DNA of 64,000 nt from the IMG/VR virus record IMGVR_UViG_3300032213_002091, positions 25,041-89,040 of that record; one strand, written 5' to 3'. The stretch is from a virus. The notes below the pieces were generated by a model. The model did no database searches, had not been told where the DNA came from, and saw only the letters and a program-made list of their open reading frames with translations. Position numbers and translations under genes: made by a program. Positions 28,452 to 38,405 of this stretch are shown here, piece after piece. Positions within the stretch are counted from its first letter, which is position 1. Each line of letters starts with the position of its first letter.

Positions 28452-28895
28452 ATGAAAATCTATCACTATCACCCAGTCTACAAATACTTCTTGGAGGAGG
28501 GAATCGCAGATTCCTCCCCTCTGGACCCTCCAGGCGTATGGCTGATTCCCGCTCACGCAACTGAAGAAGAACCGCCCAGCTTTTCTTCGGGCCGCATTCC
28601 CGTTTTTCAGGAGGATTCTTGGAAAGTTGTGAAAGACAAAAGGGGGGTTTATTACCGCACCTCGGATCCAACGCAACGTCTCGAAAACTTTGATCCGTCC
28701 GAAGCTCCGAGGGGCTACACTAAAAAAGTTCCACCCGAAGTTCCACCCGGAAAAGAATTAACTTGGGATGACGGGTGGGTTCTCGTTGACGCGGAGATCA
28801 AACCTCTCGTCGAAACCACTTTGAGCCCACACGAGAAGCTGGAAAAACTGGGCCTTACTCCCGACGACCTCAAGGCAATCCTCGGCCTTTCCTGA
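28452..28895 (+). CDS. Tail fibre assembly chaperone
   Basis: ADSSPLDPPGVWLIPAHATEEEPP...WKVVKDKRG, directly after a fibre gene. Confidence 0.75.
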   Translation: MKIYHYHPVYKYFLEEGIADSSPLDPPGVWLIPAHATEEEPPSFSSGRIPVFQEDSWKVVKDKRGVYYRTSDPTQRLENFDPSEAPRGYTKKVPPEVPPGKELTWDDGWVLVDAEIKPLVETTLSPHEKLEKLGLTPDDLKAILGLS

Positions 28896-28921
28896 CCTAA
28901 CATACGATCAAAACACCCCTA

Positions 28922-29524
28922 ATGAAAAACCCACTTATTCAGGTTGTTCCAACCCTGAGCAAAGAAGAGTTGCGCGTTGTCAATCAATTTTGCGACCGCA
29001 AAGAGAATTTACGCTTAAAGAACACTGTTTTCTCAGGTGAAAGTTTTCGAGTGGACACTTCTCTTCGCTCGAGTGAAGGATTCACTCTGGTGGAAGAAAC
29101 TGCGATCACCGACTTAGTCGGGAAAGCTATAAATACTGCTCTGCTTGAATACCGAGACCGCCTCGGGGGAATCCACCCTTCGCTCGTCAGCTATACTCTC
29201 GCCCCTGGCGCTGCAGGAACTCGATCTCACCGCGAAGGCATTCAAATTCTTGAGTACGGGCCTGGTCAGGAATACAAATTCCATTACGATCAGAATTGGG
29301 ACCGGGCGCAGAACACTTTTTATCGAACGATTTCTGTTGTTCTTTACCTCACCTCTGACTTTGAAGGTGGCGGAACCGAATTCATCGACGAAGTCTATAA
29401 ACCGAAACCGGGCCACGCACTGATCTTCCCTTCGAGTTGGTGTTTTCCTCACCGAGGCCAAGTTGTAACATCCGGACTCAAAAGAGTCGCTGTTACATGG
29501 TACTACGTCTACCCGGCTTCGTAA
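28922..29524 (+). CDS. 2OG-Fe(II) oxygenase (prolyl-4-hydroxylase-like)
   Basis: YKFHYD, RTISVVLYL, FEGGGTEF, LIFPS...FPH...VTSGLKRVAVTW. Confidence 0.9.
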   Translation: MKNPLIQVVPTLSKEELRVVNQFCDRKENLRLKNTVFSGESFRVDTSLRSSEGFTLVEETAITDLVGKAINTALLEYRDRLGGIHPSLVSYTLAPGAAGTRSHREGIQILEYGPGQEYKFHYDQNWDRAQNTFYRTISVVLYLTSDFEGGGTEFIDEVYKPKPGHALIFPSSWCFPHRGQVVTSGLKRVAVTWYYVYPAS

Positions 29525-29527
29525 ATG

Positions 29528-29535
29528 GGGTAAAA
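29528..29535 (+). promoter_or_regulatory. GGGTAAAA box
   Basis: 76 nt before ATG 29604; the leader contains a GAAGTTG/CAACTTC hairpin. Confidence 0.65.
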
Positions 29536-29603
29536 TTGCCTCAGTTGAACTGGAGAAGTTGGCTCGCCTCAACTTCACGGGCTGTTATCGCTAAAGAATC
29601 ACA

Positions 29604-30719
29604 ATGGCAATTAGTAAAGTTGAACTCTTAGATGACACCGGCGTAGTAGCTGGAAGTTACACTACCTCCAACATCACAATCAGTTCGGACGGTAGAATCA
29701 CCAGCGCCACGAACGGTTCCCCAGCCGCCACAGGTGTCACTCCCGGAACGTACACGAATCCGTCATTTACGGTTGGCGCAGATGGTAGGCTCACAGCTGC
29801 TTCAACCTTGGGGTCGATCGATCTTCCTGGCGTAAGTGCCGGGGATGGGGACATTTTGAGTGCTGGCGGCTTCGACGGCATGGTGGGATTGTACAACACT
29901 AACACCTCAGCAGCAAACAGAAATATCAACTTCAACCTGAATAACAACTCAGGTGCTAATTCCTCTTATCTTGTCGTCGGGCGAGACGCGGGTACAGGAT
30001 CTTTTCTTACGGATGTCTTGACGAATTTCCGGGCCGCCCAAGGAGCTTTCACTATAACAAACGGAGACGGTTTTACAATTTGGGGGGATAAAGGCGATGT
30101 CTTGGTTAACGGCGGTATAGACGGAACGTGGGGCATGTTCCTTCAGTCCAATGCCGCTGACCGAAATATGGGGTTTTATACTTATAACGATTTTGGCAAT
30201 ATTTTTCCTATTTTGACTTTAGGCCGGGACCCAAACACCGGACGATATTACGCGGCAGTTAATAGTGCAGCGCCGTCCGGAGGTTCTGATTTGTTCGTCA
30301 ACGCTGGCAACCTCAACGTAAACGGCGTAAAGAATTTCCGAATCAATCACCCCTTGGACGAGAATAAGTACCTCGTTCACACATCGGTTGAGGCACCGCG
30401 AGCCGACCTGATTTACAGGGGGACGGTTCAGCTGGTGGCTGGAACTGCCGCAATCACGCTCGACGAGGAATACGGCTTGATTCCTGGCACTTGGGAGGAA
30501 CTCTGCAGAAATCCGCAAGTTTGGGTCACAAGCGTCGATGGCTGGGAACTTTGCAAGGGTTCGGTCGTTGACGGAGTCTTAACCATTCAAGCGAAAGATC
30601 CCGCATGCGTTGAAACTGTCAGTTGGTTGGTAGTTGCCGAGCGCCAAGACGAAGTTATGTACACCTACGGGCACGACGAAGACGGTCGCCCGCTTCTTGA
30701 GCCAGACAAAAGTATTTGA
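29604..30719 (+). CDS. Tail fibre, paralog of 36212
   Basis: GVxxGxYT...TVxxDGRLTAA repeats; C-terminal KNFRINHP...LVHTSVEAP..DLIYRG. Confidence 0.75.
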   Translation: MAISKVELLDDTGVVAGSYTTSNITISSDGRITSATNGSPAATGVTPGTYTNPSFTVGADGRLTAASTLGSIDLPGVSAGDGDILSAGGFDGMVGLYNTNTSAANRNINFNLNNNSGANSSYLVVGRDAGTGSFLTDVLTNFRAAQGAFTITNGDGFTIWGDKGDVLVNGGIDGTWGMFLQSNAADRNMGFYTYNDFGNIFPILTLGRDPNTGRYYAAVNSAAPSGGSDLFVNAGNLNVNGVKNFRINHPLDENKYLVHTSVEAPRADLIYRGTVQLVAGTAAITLDEEYGLIPGTWEELCRNPQVWVTSVDGWELCKGSVVDGVLTIQAKDPACVETVSWLVVAERQDEVMYTYGHDEDGRPLLEPDKSI

Positions 30720-30730
30720 TTGACCCGAGA

Positions 30731-30738
30731 GGGTAAAA
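30731..30738 (+). promoter_or_regulatory. GGGTAAAA box
   Basis: 51 nt before ATG 30782. Confidence 0.7.
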
Positions 30739-30781
30739 CCGTATATCAGACCCACTCTTAGACCCTTGTTCTGTTCAGATT

Positions 30782-31813
30782 ATGGCCGTAACAAAACAAA
30801 TTTACTCGCTGACAGTTGGCTTCAGCCAGACCGACGTCATTGATCAACTGGAGCAAGCCCTCATTGACGCGGGTTTGATGACGGGTTGGCACGACTCTTT
30901 TACGTCCGGAGCCCGCGCATACGGTGTGTTTGAGTGCGTTTACGATCCCACGAAAACGTTTGGAACCACCTACTACTTGTTCACTATTGAGCAACAGCGA
31001 ATCGGTGTTTCAATCGGAACGGGTTGGGATACCGCTACGAACACCTTTACAGGGACACAGTACCTGGACTACTTTCTTCAGCCCCCGGATATTCAGGTTT
31101 ATGGGAACTACGGTGCCACAGCCATCGGTCAGCCGGGTGTTGAAACGTACAGTAACACCACTACCTTTAACATTTATCGCTACACATCCACGGTCAACAG
31201 CAATCAGAGTTGGTTCGTATTTCAGCAAGGTTTCAACATAAGTTACCCCTTCACCTTCCACAACCCTGCGGAGACCCTTTACCCTTGGTTGGATCTGGAT
31301 CTAGGCATGATTCCGGGCCTTTACGCAACTATCTGCGGTGTAAATTACAACGCAGGTGCCACAAGTTTCTGCCTCCAGTCGAACATTCGTCGTGCCTACC
31401 CGTACGGGCAGGTCTTAACGGGCTACTCAAACTACTACGGCAATGATACTTTCAACGGTCTTAAGACTCCATCCTACACCTACTACGGCTGCGGTAAAAC
31501 GAACAATGCTGCGACCTACAACTTTCCCCCAGGGGGCGCCAAAATCGTTATTCCGGTAGGGTCGCCCGACGCGAACCCCGCTTACTCTCAAAATTACGTT
31601 CCGATCTGCTCCGATCTACCTTGGACCCCGTTCTCTTCTTCTCCCTTGGCGACGGATTTCGGTGTCTACATGCATTACGCGAACAACACTCTGAACTTTG
31701 AAGATCGGTTCGTCGTTGACCCTGGCGTTGAAGAGTGGGAAATTCTGTACTGTGTGAATAATCCTACGGTCACAACCGGTGCGAGTTCGACATTCCTGGC
31801 TCGCGTGGTCTGA
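30782..31813 (+). CDS. Structural protein, tail region
   Basis: 343 aa, aromatic/Thr-rich. Confidence 0.65.
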   Translation: MAVTKQIYSLTVGFSQTDVIDQLEQALIDAGLMTGWHDSFTSGARAYGVFECVYDPTKTFGTTYYLFTIEQQRIGVSIGTGWDTATNTFTGTQYLDYFLQPPDIQVYGNYGATAIGQPGVETYSNTTTFNIYRYTSTVNSNQSWFVFQQGFNISYPFTFHNPAETLYPWLDLDLGMIPGLYATICGVNYNAGATSFCLQSNIRRAYPYGQVLTGYSNYYGNDTFNGLKTPSYTYYGCGKTNNAATYNFPPGGAKIVIPVGSPDANPAYSQNYVPICSDLPWTPFSSSPLATDFGVYMHYANNTLNFEDRFVVDPGVEEWEILYCVNNPTVTTGASSTFLARVV

Positions 31814-31815
31814 CG

Positions 31816-32049
31816 ATGGCCACCTTTCCGATTGGCGACGATTTTATTTACGATCTTGTCAACTCCACCTCTTTCACAGAGGTAACTGATGGTAGCCAGC
31901 CGGTTTTATCGCCAAAATTGTTAGTGATTAGTAACAACCGAATCAGCCTCGACTTATTTCCCTCGGAGGATTGCCCAACTCTGCCAAATCAGGGTCAAGT
32001 TTGGCCGCAAGGGTTATTCTTCGGGTCTTACGCTAACCGCGCAAACTAA
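31816..32049 (+). CDS. Short paralog of the 32114 N-terminus
   Basis: Shared MATFPIGDDFIxxLVxSTSFTEVxDGSQ start. Confidence 0.7.
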   Translation: MATFPIGDDFIYDLVNSTSFTEVTDGSQPVLSPKLLVISNNRISLDLFPSEDCPTLPNQGQVWPQGLFFGSYANRAN

Positions 32050-32113
32050 GCCCCCAGTCGTTCCGAGTTGATCTCGTTGATTACTCTAGTCTGTGTTAAA
32101 TTGACGATGTAAG

Positions 32114-33202
32114 ATGGCAACTTTTCCGATTGGCGACGACTTTATCTTCAACCTTGTTAGCTCCACTTCGTTTACAGAGGTGAGTGATGGCAGCCAAGGG
32201 GAATTGTTGCCAAGGTATTGGTCTGCCCAAGGGTTACTTGATCTACTTCCGGGCTTCACGTCTTTCACGCCCATACTTAACCAGACGAGCCAAGTGTCCG
32301 TTCGCACTTGGCCCGCTCAAGGTTTACTCAACCTGCTGCCGGGGTTCACGTCTCTGACGCCCCTGGTTAATCAAACAAGTCAGGTGTCGGTTAAAACTTT
32401 CGTTGCGACGAACACACTAAACTTGAATCTGCCAAACGCACCCACTTGCAACTGGCCGACCCTTCCAACTACGGGACAAATCTGGCCGTTAAACAATTAC
32501 TTCTACGAGTACGTGCCAGCTCCCCCTGCACCCACGGACCCAATTCCAGCATTGTCCCCCGTTCTCTGGTATGACTTTGCCGATGAATCGACTGTTACCA
32601 CTTCGGGAACTGCGATCACTTCGGTTACAGACAAGGGCAGCAATGGCTGGACATTATCAGTTGGCGGCACAAGCCCTCAGTATGTAACTGGCATTAATGG
32701 CAATAAGTGTTTAGATTGGGGCGTAAGTCCGTCTCATGCCAACTTCATGTACAACAGCAGCAGCACTTCTACAACAATCGGCGAAGTGTACGTTGTTGTT
32801 GATGCTAGTTTTGGTGGCACTGCAGGTAACTATGCCGGTCTTTTTACCTCATACAACAACGCCTGGTACATGCTGGCATTCTCTTCATCTCTTGATGAGT
32901 CGGGCACAGGTTTCAATCAGCTATTTGTCAATGGTGGCACCAGCAACAGGTTCTCAGGGGGATTGTTTACCTCGCCTTCGATCGACAACCCTGCGATCAT
33001 GCGTATCAACAACTCATCTGGCACCGCATTCAACACAACCGGTGGCTTTGAAATCGGCAATGATCGCGGAAACTCCAGCCTCAATCGCGGCTGGCCTGGC
33101 TTGATTGGGGAGTACATTGTCTTTCCCTCCGTTCTAAGCCCCACCGACCGCGATTCTGTGCAGGCATGGCTTGCCTCCAAATGGGGCATCACGCTGGTTT
33201 GA
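32114..33202 (+). CDS. Structural protein with a C-terminal lectin/LamG-like domain
   Basis: 30-aa internal duplication; SPVLWYDFADESTVT...VTDKGSNG...IGEYIVF...WLASKWG. Confidence 0.65.
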   Translation: MATFPIGDDFIFNLVSSTSFTEVSDGSQGELLPRYWSAQGLLDLLPGFTSFTPILNQTSQVSVRTWPAQGLLNLLPGFTSLTPLVNQTSQVSVKTFVATNTLNLNLPNAPTCNWPTLPTTGQIWPLNNYFYEYVPAPPAPTDPIPALSPVLWYDFADESTVTTSGTAITSVTDKGSNGWTLSVGGTSPQYVTGINGNKCLDWGVSPSHANFMYNSSSTSTTIGEVYVVVDASFGGTAGNYAGLFTSYNNAWYMLAFSSSLDESGTGFNQLFVNGGTSNRFSGGLFTSPSIDNPAIMRINNSSGTAFNTTGGFEIGNDRGNSSLNRGWPGLIGEYIVFPSVLSPTDRDSVQAWLASKWGITLV

Positions 33203-33208
33203 CCGCAG

Positions 33209-33216
33209 GGGTAAAA
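33209..33216 (+). promoter_or_regulatory. GGGTAAAA box
   Basis: 36 nt before ATG 33245. Confidence 0.75.
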
Positions 33217-33244
33217 CCTCCTATAAAGGGTTTAAGTTTGTTGT

Positions 33245-34021
33245 ATGCCAACTCTAATTTTCCCGTCGCCTGCTTACAACGGACAGATCTACCCTGATCC
33301 CCCCATCGTAGGTGTAGATCAATATCAGTATAACGAGCAATTTGACACTTGGGAGTTGCTTTCAAGCGGACCTGGACCGGTTGGGCCTGTCGGGCCACCG
33401 GGACCGCCAGGACCTTCTGGCACTCCGGGTACTCCCGGAACTTCTGGTTCACCTGGACCTACAGGTTCACCTGGACCTACAGGTTCACCTGGGCCTACAG
33501 GACCAACTGGTACTCCTGGAAATAATGGGACTCCTGGTTCACCGGGTACTCCTGGGACTCCTGGTTCACCTGGGCCTACAGGTTCGCCGGGGCCGGAAGG
33601 ACCTACGGGACCTGTGGGGCCTCCCGGGGGAGGGTCAGAATATACTTTCACGGACTTTACAACAAGCGTACTTCCTGCAGGAGGAGTGCAAGACTTCCAA
33701 CTTGCGTTGGGTGGTTTATTCCACTTGGTGGCAATTTCTTCGGACTTGCCTATGTGGATTCGCGTTTACGGGGACTCAGCATCGAGAGCCGCTGACACAA
33801 GGACATCTCCGGGAGGAACTCCCCCTTTAAGCGGAACCGGTTTCTATGCCGAAGTTGTAACGACCACGGCAGACGAGACAATCGACTTCGCACCCTTGCC
33901 AGCGGTTTATGCAGGGTTTGGCCTAACTTTCTTCAGAGTGGTAAACATGGGAGTCAGCTCTGTGGCTTTCCAGTTGCAGTTCAAAACGGTCGAAGTCGTT
34001 CCTGGCCTCACACCTGGCTGA
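33245..34021 (+). CDS. Collagen-like fibre protein
   Basis: Long uninterrupted Gly-X-Y run (GSPGPT/GTP). Confidence 0.8.
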   Translation: MPTLIFPSPAYNGQIYPDPPIVGVDQYQYNEQFDTWELLSSGPGPVGPVGPPGPPGPSGTPGTPGTSGSPGPTGSPGPTGSPGPTGPTGTPGNNGTPGSPGTPGTPGSPGPTGSPGPEGPTGPVGPPGGGSEYTFTDFTTSVLPAGGVQDFQLALGGLFHLVAISSDLPMWIRVYGDSASRAADTRTSPGGTPPLSGTGFYAEVVTTTADETIDFAPLPAVYAGFGLTFFRVVNMGVSSVAFQLQFKTVEVVPGLTPG

Positions 34022-34030
34022 TAAAATCCT

Positions 34031-35467
34031 ATGGCACTCGACAAAGTTCAACTGCTGAATAATACCGGGGTAGCAGCCGGAACATACGTTAACCCGAACC
34101 TCACCGTAACCTCTGACGGCAGAATTTCGAGTATTTCTTCGGATCCTACTCCTGGCCCTGCGGGACCACCTGGTACTCCGGGAACTAACGGGACTCCTGG
34201 TTCACCTGGGCCTACAGGTTCTCCTGGACCTACAGGGCCAACCGGTCCAACCGGGCCAACTGGTACTCCGGGGAATGATGGGACTCCTGGTTCACCGGGG
34301 CCTACAGGTCCAACTGGTACTCCTGGAACTGACGGGACTCCTGGTTCCCCTGGGCCTACGGGTCCAACCGGTGATCCTGGCACCCCTGGAACTGACGGGA
34401 CTCCTGGTTCCCCTGGGCCTACAGGACCAACCGGTGATCCTGGCACCCCTGGAACTGACGGGACTCCTGGTTCCCCTGGGCCTACAGGACCAACCGGTCC
34501 AACTGGGCCTACAGGACCCACAGGTCCCACACCGTTCATCCCCTCCGGATCCCCGGCAAATAAAATTGTCTCCCCGTTAGAAGTTTTAACAGGAACTTAC
34601 TTCTGTAATGATTTCACCCTTAACAGTGGCACAAGCTGCTACATTCGGGACACGGTTTACATCATGGCCCGTGGCAACGTAATTATCGACGGCCTTATAT
34701 CAGGCGACGGATCCACCGCGAATGGTCCTCCCCCGATGAATTATGCCTATTTAGGGAGCCAATGGATTTCAACAGGGGTTGGCCAAGGCGGTCAGTTTGG
34801 AAACTACGGAAACTACAACGGTGCAGGTATTGCCGGAGGGCGGACGTCCATAGGCGGTTTGGCCTCTGACGCGATTGTGAATTTACGCGGTTCAGATGGT
34901 GCCTCAGGGTACATGGCTAATTCGGACACGGTAACCGTTTCTGGTCATTACTCTTCGGGGGGTCTTGCCGGAAAGACCCTCATCATTCGAGCGTTAGGAT
35001 CCATTCTAATTGGTCCCAGTGCTGTAATTAACTGCAATGGGGCCTGGGGACAAAATTGGAACCTTCTATTCCCCTTCCCCGCGACGCTTTTGTACTCAGG
35101 TGCCGGTGGTGGATCAGGGGGCGCAATTATTTTAGACGCTGACGGGGATTGCATCAATAGTGGGAGTCTTGCCGCCACCGGTGGCAACGGAAGCGATGGT
35201 CTAAATGGTACTTATGGTGGTGGTGGTGGTGGTGGTGGTATTATTATCGTTCAGTCGCGTTATGGGACCTCCTCGGTAGGGACTGCGATTGTAAGCGGGG
35301 GACTTGCGGGCAACAGTTCAGGTACTACCTTGGGTTCAGGGGGCGGAGGAGGTTGCGGTGGGTTTGGCGGAAATGGGGGATTCGGGTACGTACCTGGTGA
35401 TCCCACTCCTGTTGCTCCGTATAACGGCCTAGCAGGAGTTGTTCGACAATGGGGTACTCCTTGGTAA
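34031..35467 (+). CDS. Collagen-like tail fibre with a Gly-rich C-terminal domain
   Basis: Anchor MALDKVQLL..., Gly-X-Y run with 63-nt tandem units, (GGT)8 at 35216-35239. Confidence 0.8.
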   Translation: MALDKVQLLNNTGVAAGTYVNPNLTVTSDGRISSISSDPTPGPAGPPGTPGTNGTPGSPGPTGSPGPTGPTGPTGPTGTPGNDGTPGSPGPTGPTGTPGTDGTPGSPGPTGPTGDPGTPGTDGTPGSPGPTGPTGDPGTPGTDGTPGSPGPTGPTGPTGPTGPTGPTPFIPSGSPANKIVSPLEVLTGTYFCNDFTLNSGTSCYIRDTVYIMARGNVIIDGLISGDGSTANGPPPMNYAYLGSQWISTGVGQGGQFGNYGNYNGAGIAGGRTSIGGLASDAIVNLRGSDGASGYMANSDTVTVSGHYSSGGLAGKTLIIRALGSILIGPSAVINCNGAWGQNWNLLFPFPATLLYSGAGGGSGGAIILDADGDCINSGSLAATGGNGSDGLNGTYGGGGGGGGIIIVQSRYGTSSVGTAIVSGGLAGNSSGTTLGSGGGGGCGGFGGNGGFGYVPGDPTPVAPYNGLAGVVRQWGTPW

Positions 35468-35799
35468 TGACTTTAGACACAAACATGAACTATTCTGTCA
35501 CTGATTGCTACTACGCGGATGTAGACCACAAAACCATAGCTTGCTGGCTAGAGATACCAGATGCTGAAAAAATGTTTCTACTTCTTACGGCGGACGCTCC
35601 CGATTCAACAGCAACTTTTTATGAAAACGCCCTGAACGGAGATTATGGGCCCATCACAAGTTACGCTGACTCTCACTGGTATTGCACACTACACGGGTTT
35701 TACTGGAATAACCAGTACTACGGTTTAGGGGATGTGATGATTTCCCCTTCTGGAGAACAACCTCCCAACGCAACTCAAACACCCCCTCCACGACCCTGA
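35467..35799 (+). CDS. Tail-fibre-associated small protein
   Basis: Coupled to the fibre gene; ALNGDYGPI motif. Confidence 0.6.
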   Translation: MTLDTNMNYSVTDCYYADVDHKTIACWLEIPDAEKMFLLLTADAPDSTATFYENALNGDYGPITSYADSHWYCTLHGFYWNNQYYGLGDVMISPSGEQPPNATQTPPPRP

Positions 35800-35805
35800 G
35801 CTAAA

Positions 35806-36138
35806 ATGTTACAACCCCAAAACCTATTTGTCAGCTGGGACGGAGAGGGCTGGCGTCAGTCCCCCTTTGACTGGAACAACTCTCTGGATGACTCGAAAGA
35901 GTTTATGATCTCCCAGACGAATTCTTTCGCTTACAAAACTCTCTCCCCAAGCGACTGGTACGTTACACGTCAAGTTGAAGCGGCGGTTCCCGTTCCAGCG
36001 GAACTGGGTGCATGGCGGCAGGAAATCCGAGACGCAGCCAGAGTCAAGAGAGAAAGTGTGCTGGAATGCGACACGAAAGAAGAGCTGAACACGTACACCA
36101 AGAGCGAAGAATACCTGTTCTGGCCTGATCAACCCTGA
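35806..36138 (+). CDS. Tail assembly chaperone-like protein
   Basis: LSPSDWYVTRQVE...WRQEIRD...WPDQP. Confidence 0.7.
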   Translation: MLQPQNLFVSWDGEGWRQSPFDWNNSLDDSKEFMISQTNSFAYKTLSPSDWYVTRQVEAAVPVPAELGAWRQEIRDAARVKRESVLECDTKEELNTYTKSEEYLFWPDQP

Positions 36139-36177
36139 TATTTATTTCAAGACTTAAAAATCAAGACTTAACCTTAG

Positions 36178-36185
36178 GGGTAAAA
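36178..36185 (+). promoter_or_regulatory. GGGTAAAA box
   Basis: 34 nt before ATG 36212; preceded by a TCAAGACTTAA direct repeat (36147, 36161). Confidence 0.75.
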
Positions 36186-36211
36186 TACCAAAAAGAAGGT
36201 GTGAAATTTCA

Positions 36212-37627
36212 ATGACACTCGACAAAGTTCAACTCCTGGACGACAGCGGGGTAACCCCTGGAAGTTACACCCTTACCAATCTTACGGTGGGTGCGGATGG
36301 AAGACTCACAGCCGCTTCTAGTGGCTCTCTGAATGCTACAGGTGTGACTCCTGGAAGTTACAATCTTTCCAGCATTACGGTGGGTGCGGATGGGAGACTC
36401 ACAGCCGCTTCCACTCCCACAAGTATTAACTTGCCTTCTATCGCAAACCCCGGTGACGGGGATATCACTAGTGCGGGTGGGTCCGACGGAATATTCACTA
36501 TATCCAACTCGTCTAACGACACACCAATGTTGCTAGGGGCCACAACAGGTGGTGTTATGGGTCCTAAAGTTGTATTAGATCCTCGTCCGAGCAACTGTTA
36601 CACGTGGCCTTTCGTTCTGCCGGGGTCATCCCCTAATGGTTATTTCTATGTCAAAGGTAACTTACTACTTGGAACTCAGTTTGATGACTCGGGGGAACTA
36701 TCCAGCACAGGTGGCAGTGACGGCAATTTCGGCATATTTAATGGAGCGGAAACCCTAGGCGACCCTATCAACACTACCTCAAGGTCTATTTCTTTCTGGA
36801 CAAAAACTTACTCAAATAATAACACGGAGTGCAGATTTACTATTAACCAGTACGGTTCTACATCTCTTCAAAGTTTGGGGTACTTAGGTCAACTTATTGG
36901 TGTAGGTGGTGGTGCTTTAGGGTCCAGCGATATGGTCGTTGATGGTGGCACTGATGGGCAGTTCGTTATTTTCAATAACAGCGGCGCTGCTGCCAGGATG
37001 ATATCCCTTGCCATTAACAACGAATCTTTAAATGGGCCCGACGCATTGCTCCGGTGCTACAGGGATGGTGGTACTGGAGCACGCATTGTAGATTGCCCCC
37101 TCCCTGGAACTACCTTTGATGTGAACGGTACTAAACTGTTCCGAATCGAACATCCTATCGATAGCTCTAAAGACCTCGTTCATGTTTCAATCGAAGGGCC
37201 AAGAGCCGATCTAATTTACCGCGGAAACGTAAAACTCATAAACGGTGGGGCGACCGTCGATTTAGACGAAGAGTATGGGCTGATTCCGGGAACTTGGAAG
37301 TCGCTTTGCAGAAACCCCCAGGTTTGGATTACAAGTGTAGATGGTTGGGAGCCCTGCAAAGGCTCCGTTTCTGACCAAATCCTTACAATATACTCCAAAG
37401 ACTCAAATTCTAAGGAAACAGTTAGCTGGTTGGTGGTGGCGGAACGGAAGGATTCGGCTATGTATGGCCCCTCTAGTGATGAAGAGGGTAGACCGATTCT
37501 TGAACCAAACAGAAGGCCCCCAAACAACCCTCACCCCTACCCGGATTTTCCAAATTCACCAGTTCAACAGACTCAGTCAAACTCTAGTGAGAGTTCTTCA
37601 GAAGACGACGCAGCAAAACTTCCATAA
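36212..37627 (+). CDS. Tail fibre, paralog of 29604
   Basis: Same N-terminal repeats and C-terminal KLFRIEHP...LVHVSIEGPRADLIYRG domain. Confidence 0.75.
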   Translation: MTLDKVQLLDDSGVTPGSYTLTNLTVGADGRLTAASSGSLNATGVTPGSYNLSSITVGADGRLTAASTPTSINLPSIANPGDGDITSAGGSDGIFTISNSSNDTPMLLGATTGGVMGPKVVLDPRPSNCYTWPFVLPGSSPNGYFYVKGNLLLGTQFDDSGELSSTGGSDGNFGIFNGAETLGDPINTTSRSISFWTKTYSNNNTECRFTINQYGSTSLQSLGYLGQLIGVGGGALGSSDMVVDGGTDGQFVIFNNSGAAARMISLAINNESLNGPDALLRCYRDGGTGARIVDCPLPGTTFDVNGTKLFRIEHPIDSSKDLVHVSIEGPRADLIYRGNVKLINGGATVDLDEEYGLIPGTWKSLCRNPQVWITSVDGWEPCKGSVSDQILTIYSKDSNSKETVSWLVVAERKDSAMYGPSSDEEGRPILEPNRRPPNNPHPYPDFPNSPVQQTQSNSSESSSEDDAAKLP

Positions 37628-38328
37628 AGTCCTTCCGGAGTCTCATATTCACCGCAACCCTTACTTCGGTTGGCACTGGCGAGGACGATTGCGTACCTCG
37701 CCTTTTCATTATGGAACTTTTTCCACGACTCCCAGAGCGCCTCGAGTCGAAACTTCTTCGCAGTCGGCGGACCAACCAACGCAATGTCCGTGTACTTCAG
37801 TTTATTTTCAGTCATGAAAATATCGGCAATCTCGCTGAACGACAGCCCAGTATGATCGACGTCTGTGCGCATTCCTCGACGAATTTGCTTGCCCGTTAGG
37901 CAGCAGACGCAGGGCAACTCAACCTGATCTCGAAATCTCTTCAACTGATCTTTGACGGCGCCACGCATCGCAGACTTCACGGCATTGTAATGTTTTTCCT
38001 CCGAAGTTGCCGCAGTGGCGATCTTCTTGGTCGGATACAACGCCTCCACCAGCTTGCTCTTTGAAATCGGCTGGCGAGTTCCAGCTCTCTCGAGTGAGAG
38101 CATCTTCACTTTTCGCCCACCGGCAATCTCAACGTTGCGAAGGTAAACAGCAGTCTCAGAATCCTGGCCCAGTTTCCCCCACTGTTCGGTCAATCGGCAG
38201 CTGCGAAGAATGAACTCGGCAGGCTCACCACACAGACGACTGCCTGCGCGATGGTTGCCAATTATTCGGCCAATCTTTTCGTTGTACTGACCTTTGTTCA
38301 GATCGAAAGTAGTTTTTCCAAGTGTCAT
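37573..38328 (-). CDS. HNH-like nuclease-fold protein
   Basis: CCLTGKQI...TDVDH...ANRSKG; preceded by GGGTAAAG on the minus strand (38368-38375). Confidence 0.5.
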   Translation of the reverse strand: MTLGKTTFDLNKGQYNEKIGRIIGNHRAGSRLCGEPAEFILRSCRLTEQWGKLGQDSETAVYLRNVEIAGGRKVKMLSLERAGTRQPISKSKLVEALYPTKKIATAATSEEKHYNAVKSAMRGAVKDQLKRFRDQVELPCVCCLTGKQIRRGMRTDVDHTGLSFSEIADIFMTENKLKYTDIALVGPPTAKKFRLEALWESWKKFHNEKARYAIVLASANRSKGCGEYETPEGLYGSFAASSSEELSLEFD

Positions 38329-38368
38329 GACATATTTCGCGGAATATCCCGCAGTTTCCCTCGATAAC

Positions 38369-38395
38369 TTTACCCACCACGGCTCTCGCTATAGT
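38369..38395 (+). promoter_or_regulatory. Class-2 promoter TTTACC-N15-TATAGT
   Basis: Directly before GTG 38406. Confidence 0.6.
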
Positions 38396-38405
38396 GAATG
38401 AGTGA

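Noticed and set aside
33325-34580. Antisense and alternate-frame ORFs over the collagen repeats
   Set aside because: Shadows of Gly-X-Y codon periodicity
35216-35239. (GGT)8 as a phase-variation tract
   Set aside because: An in-frame triplet repeat in a Gly-rich domain; slippage would not shift the frame
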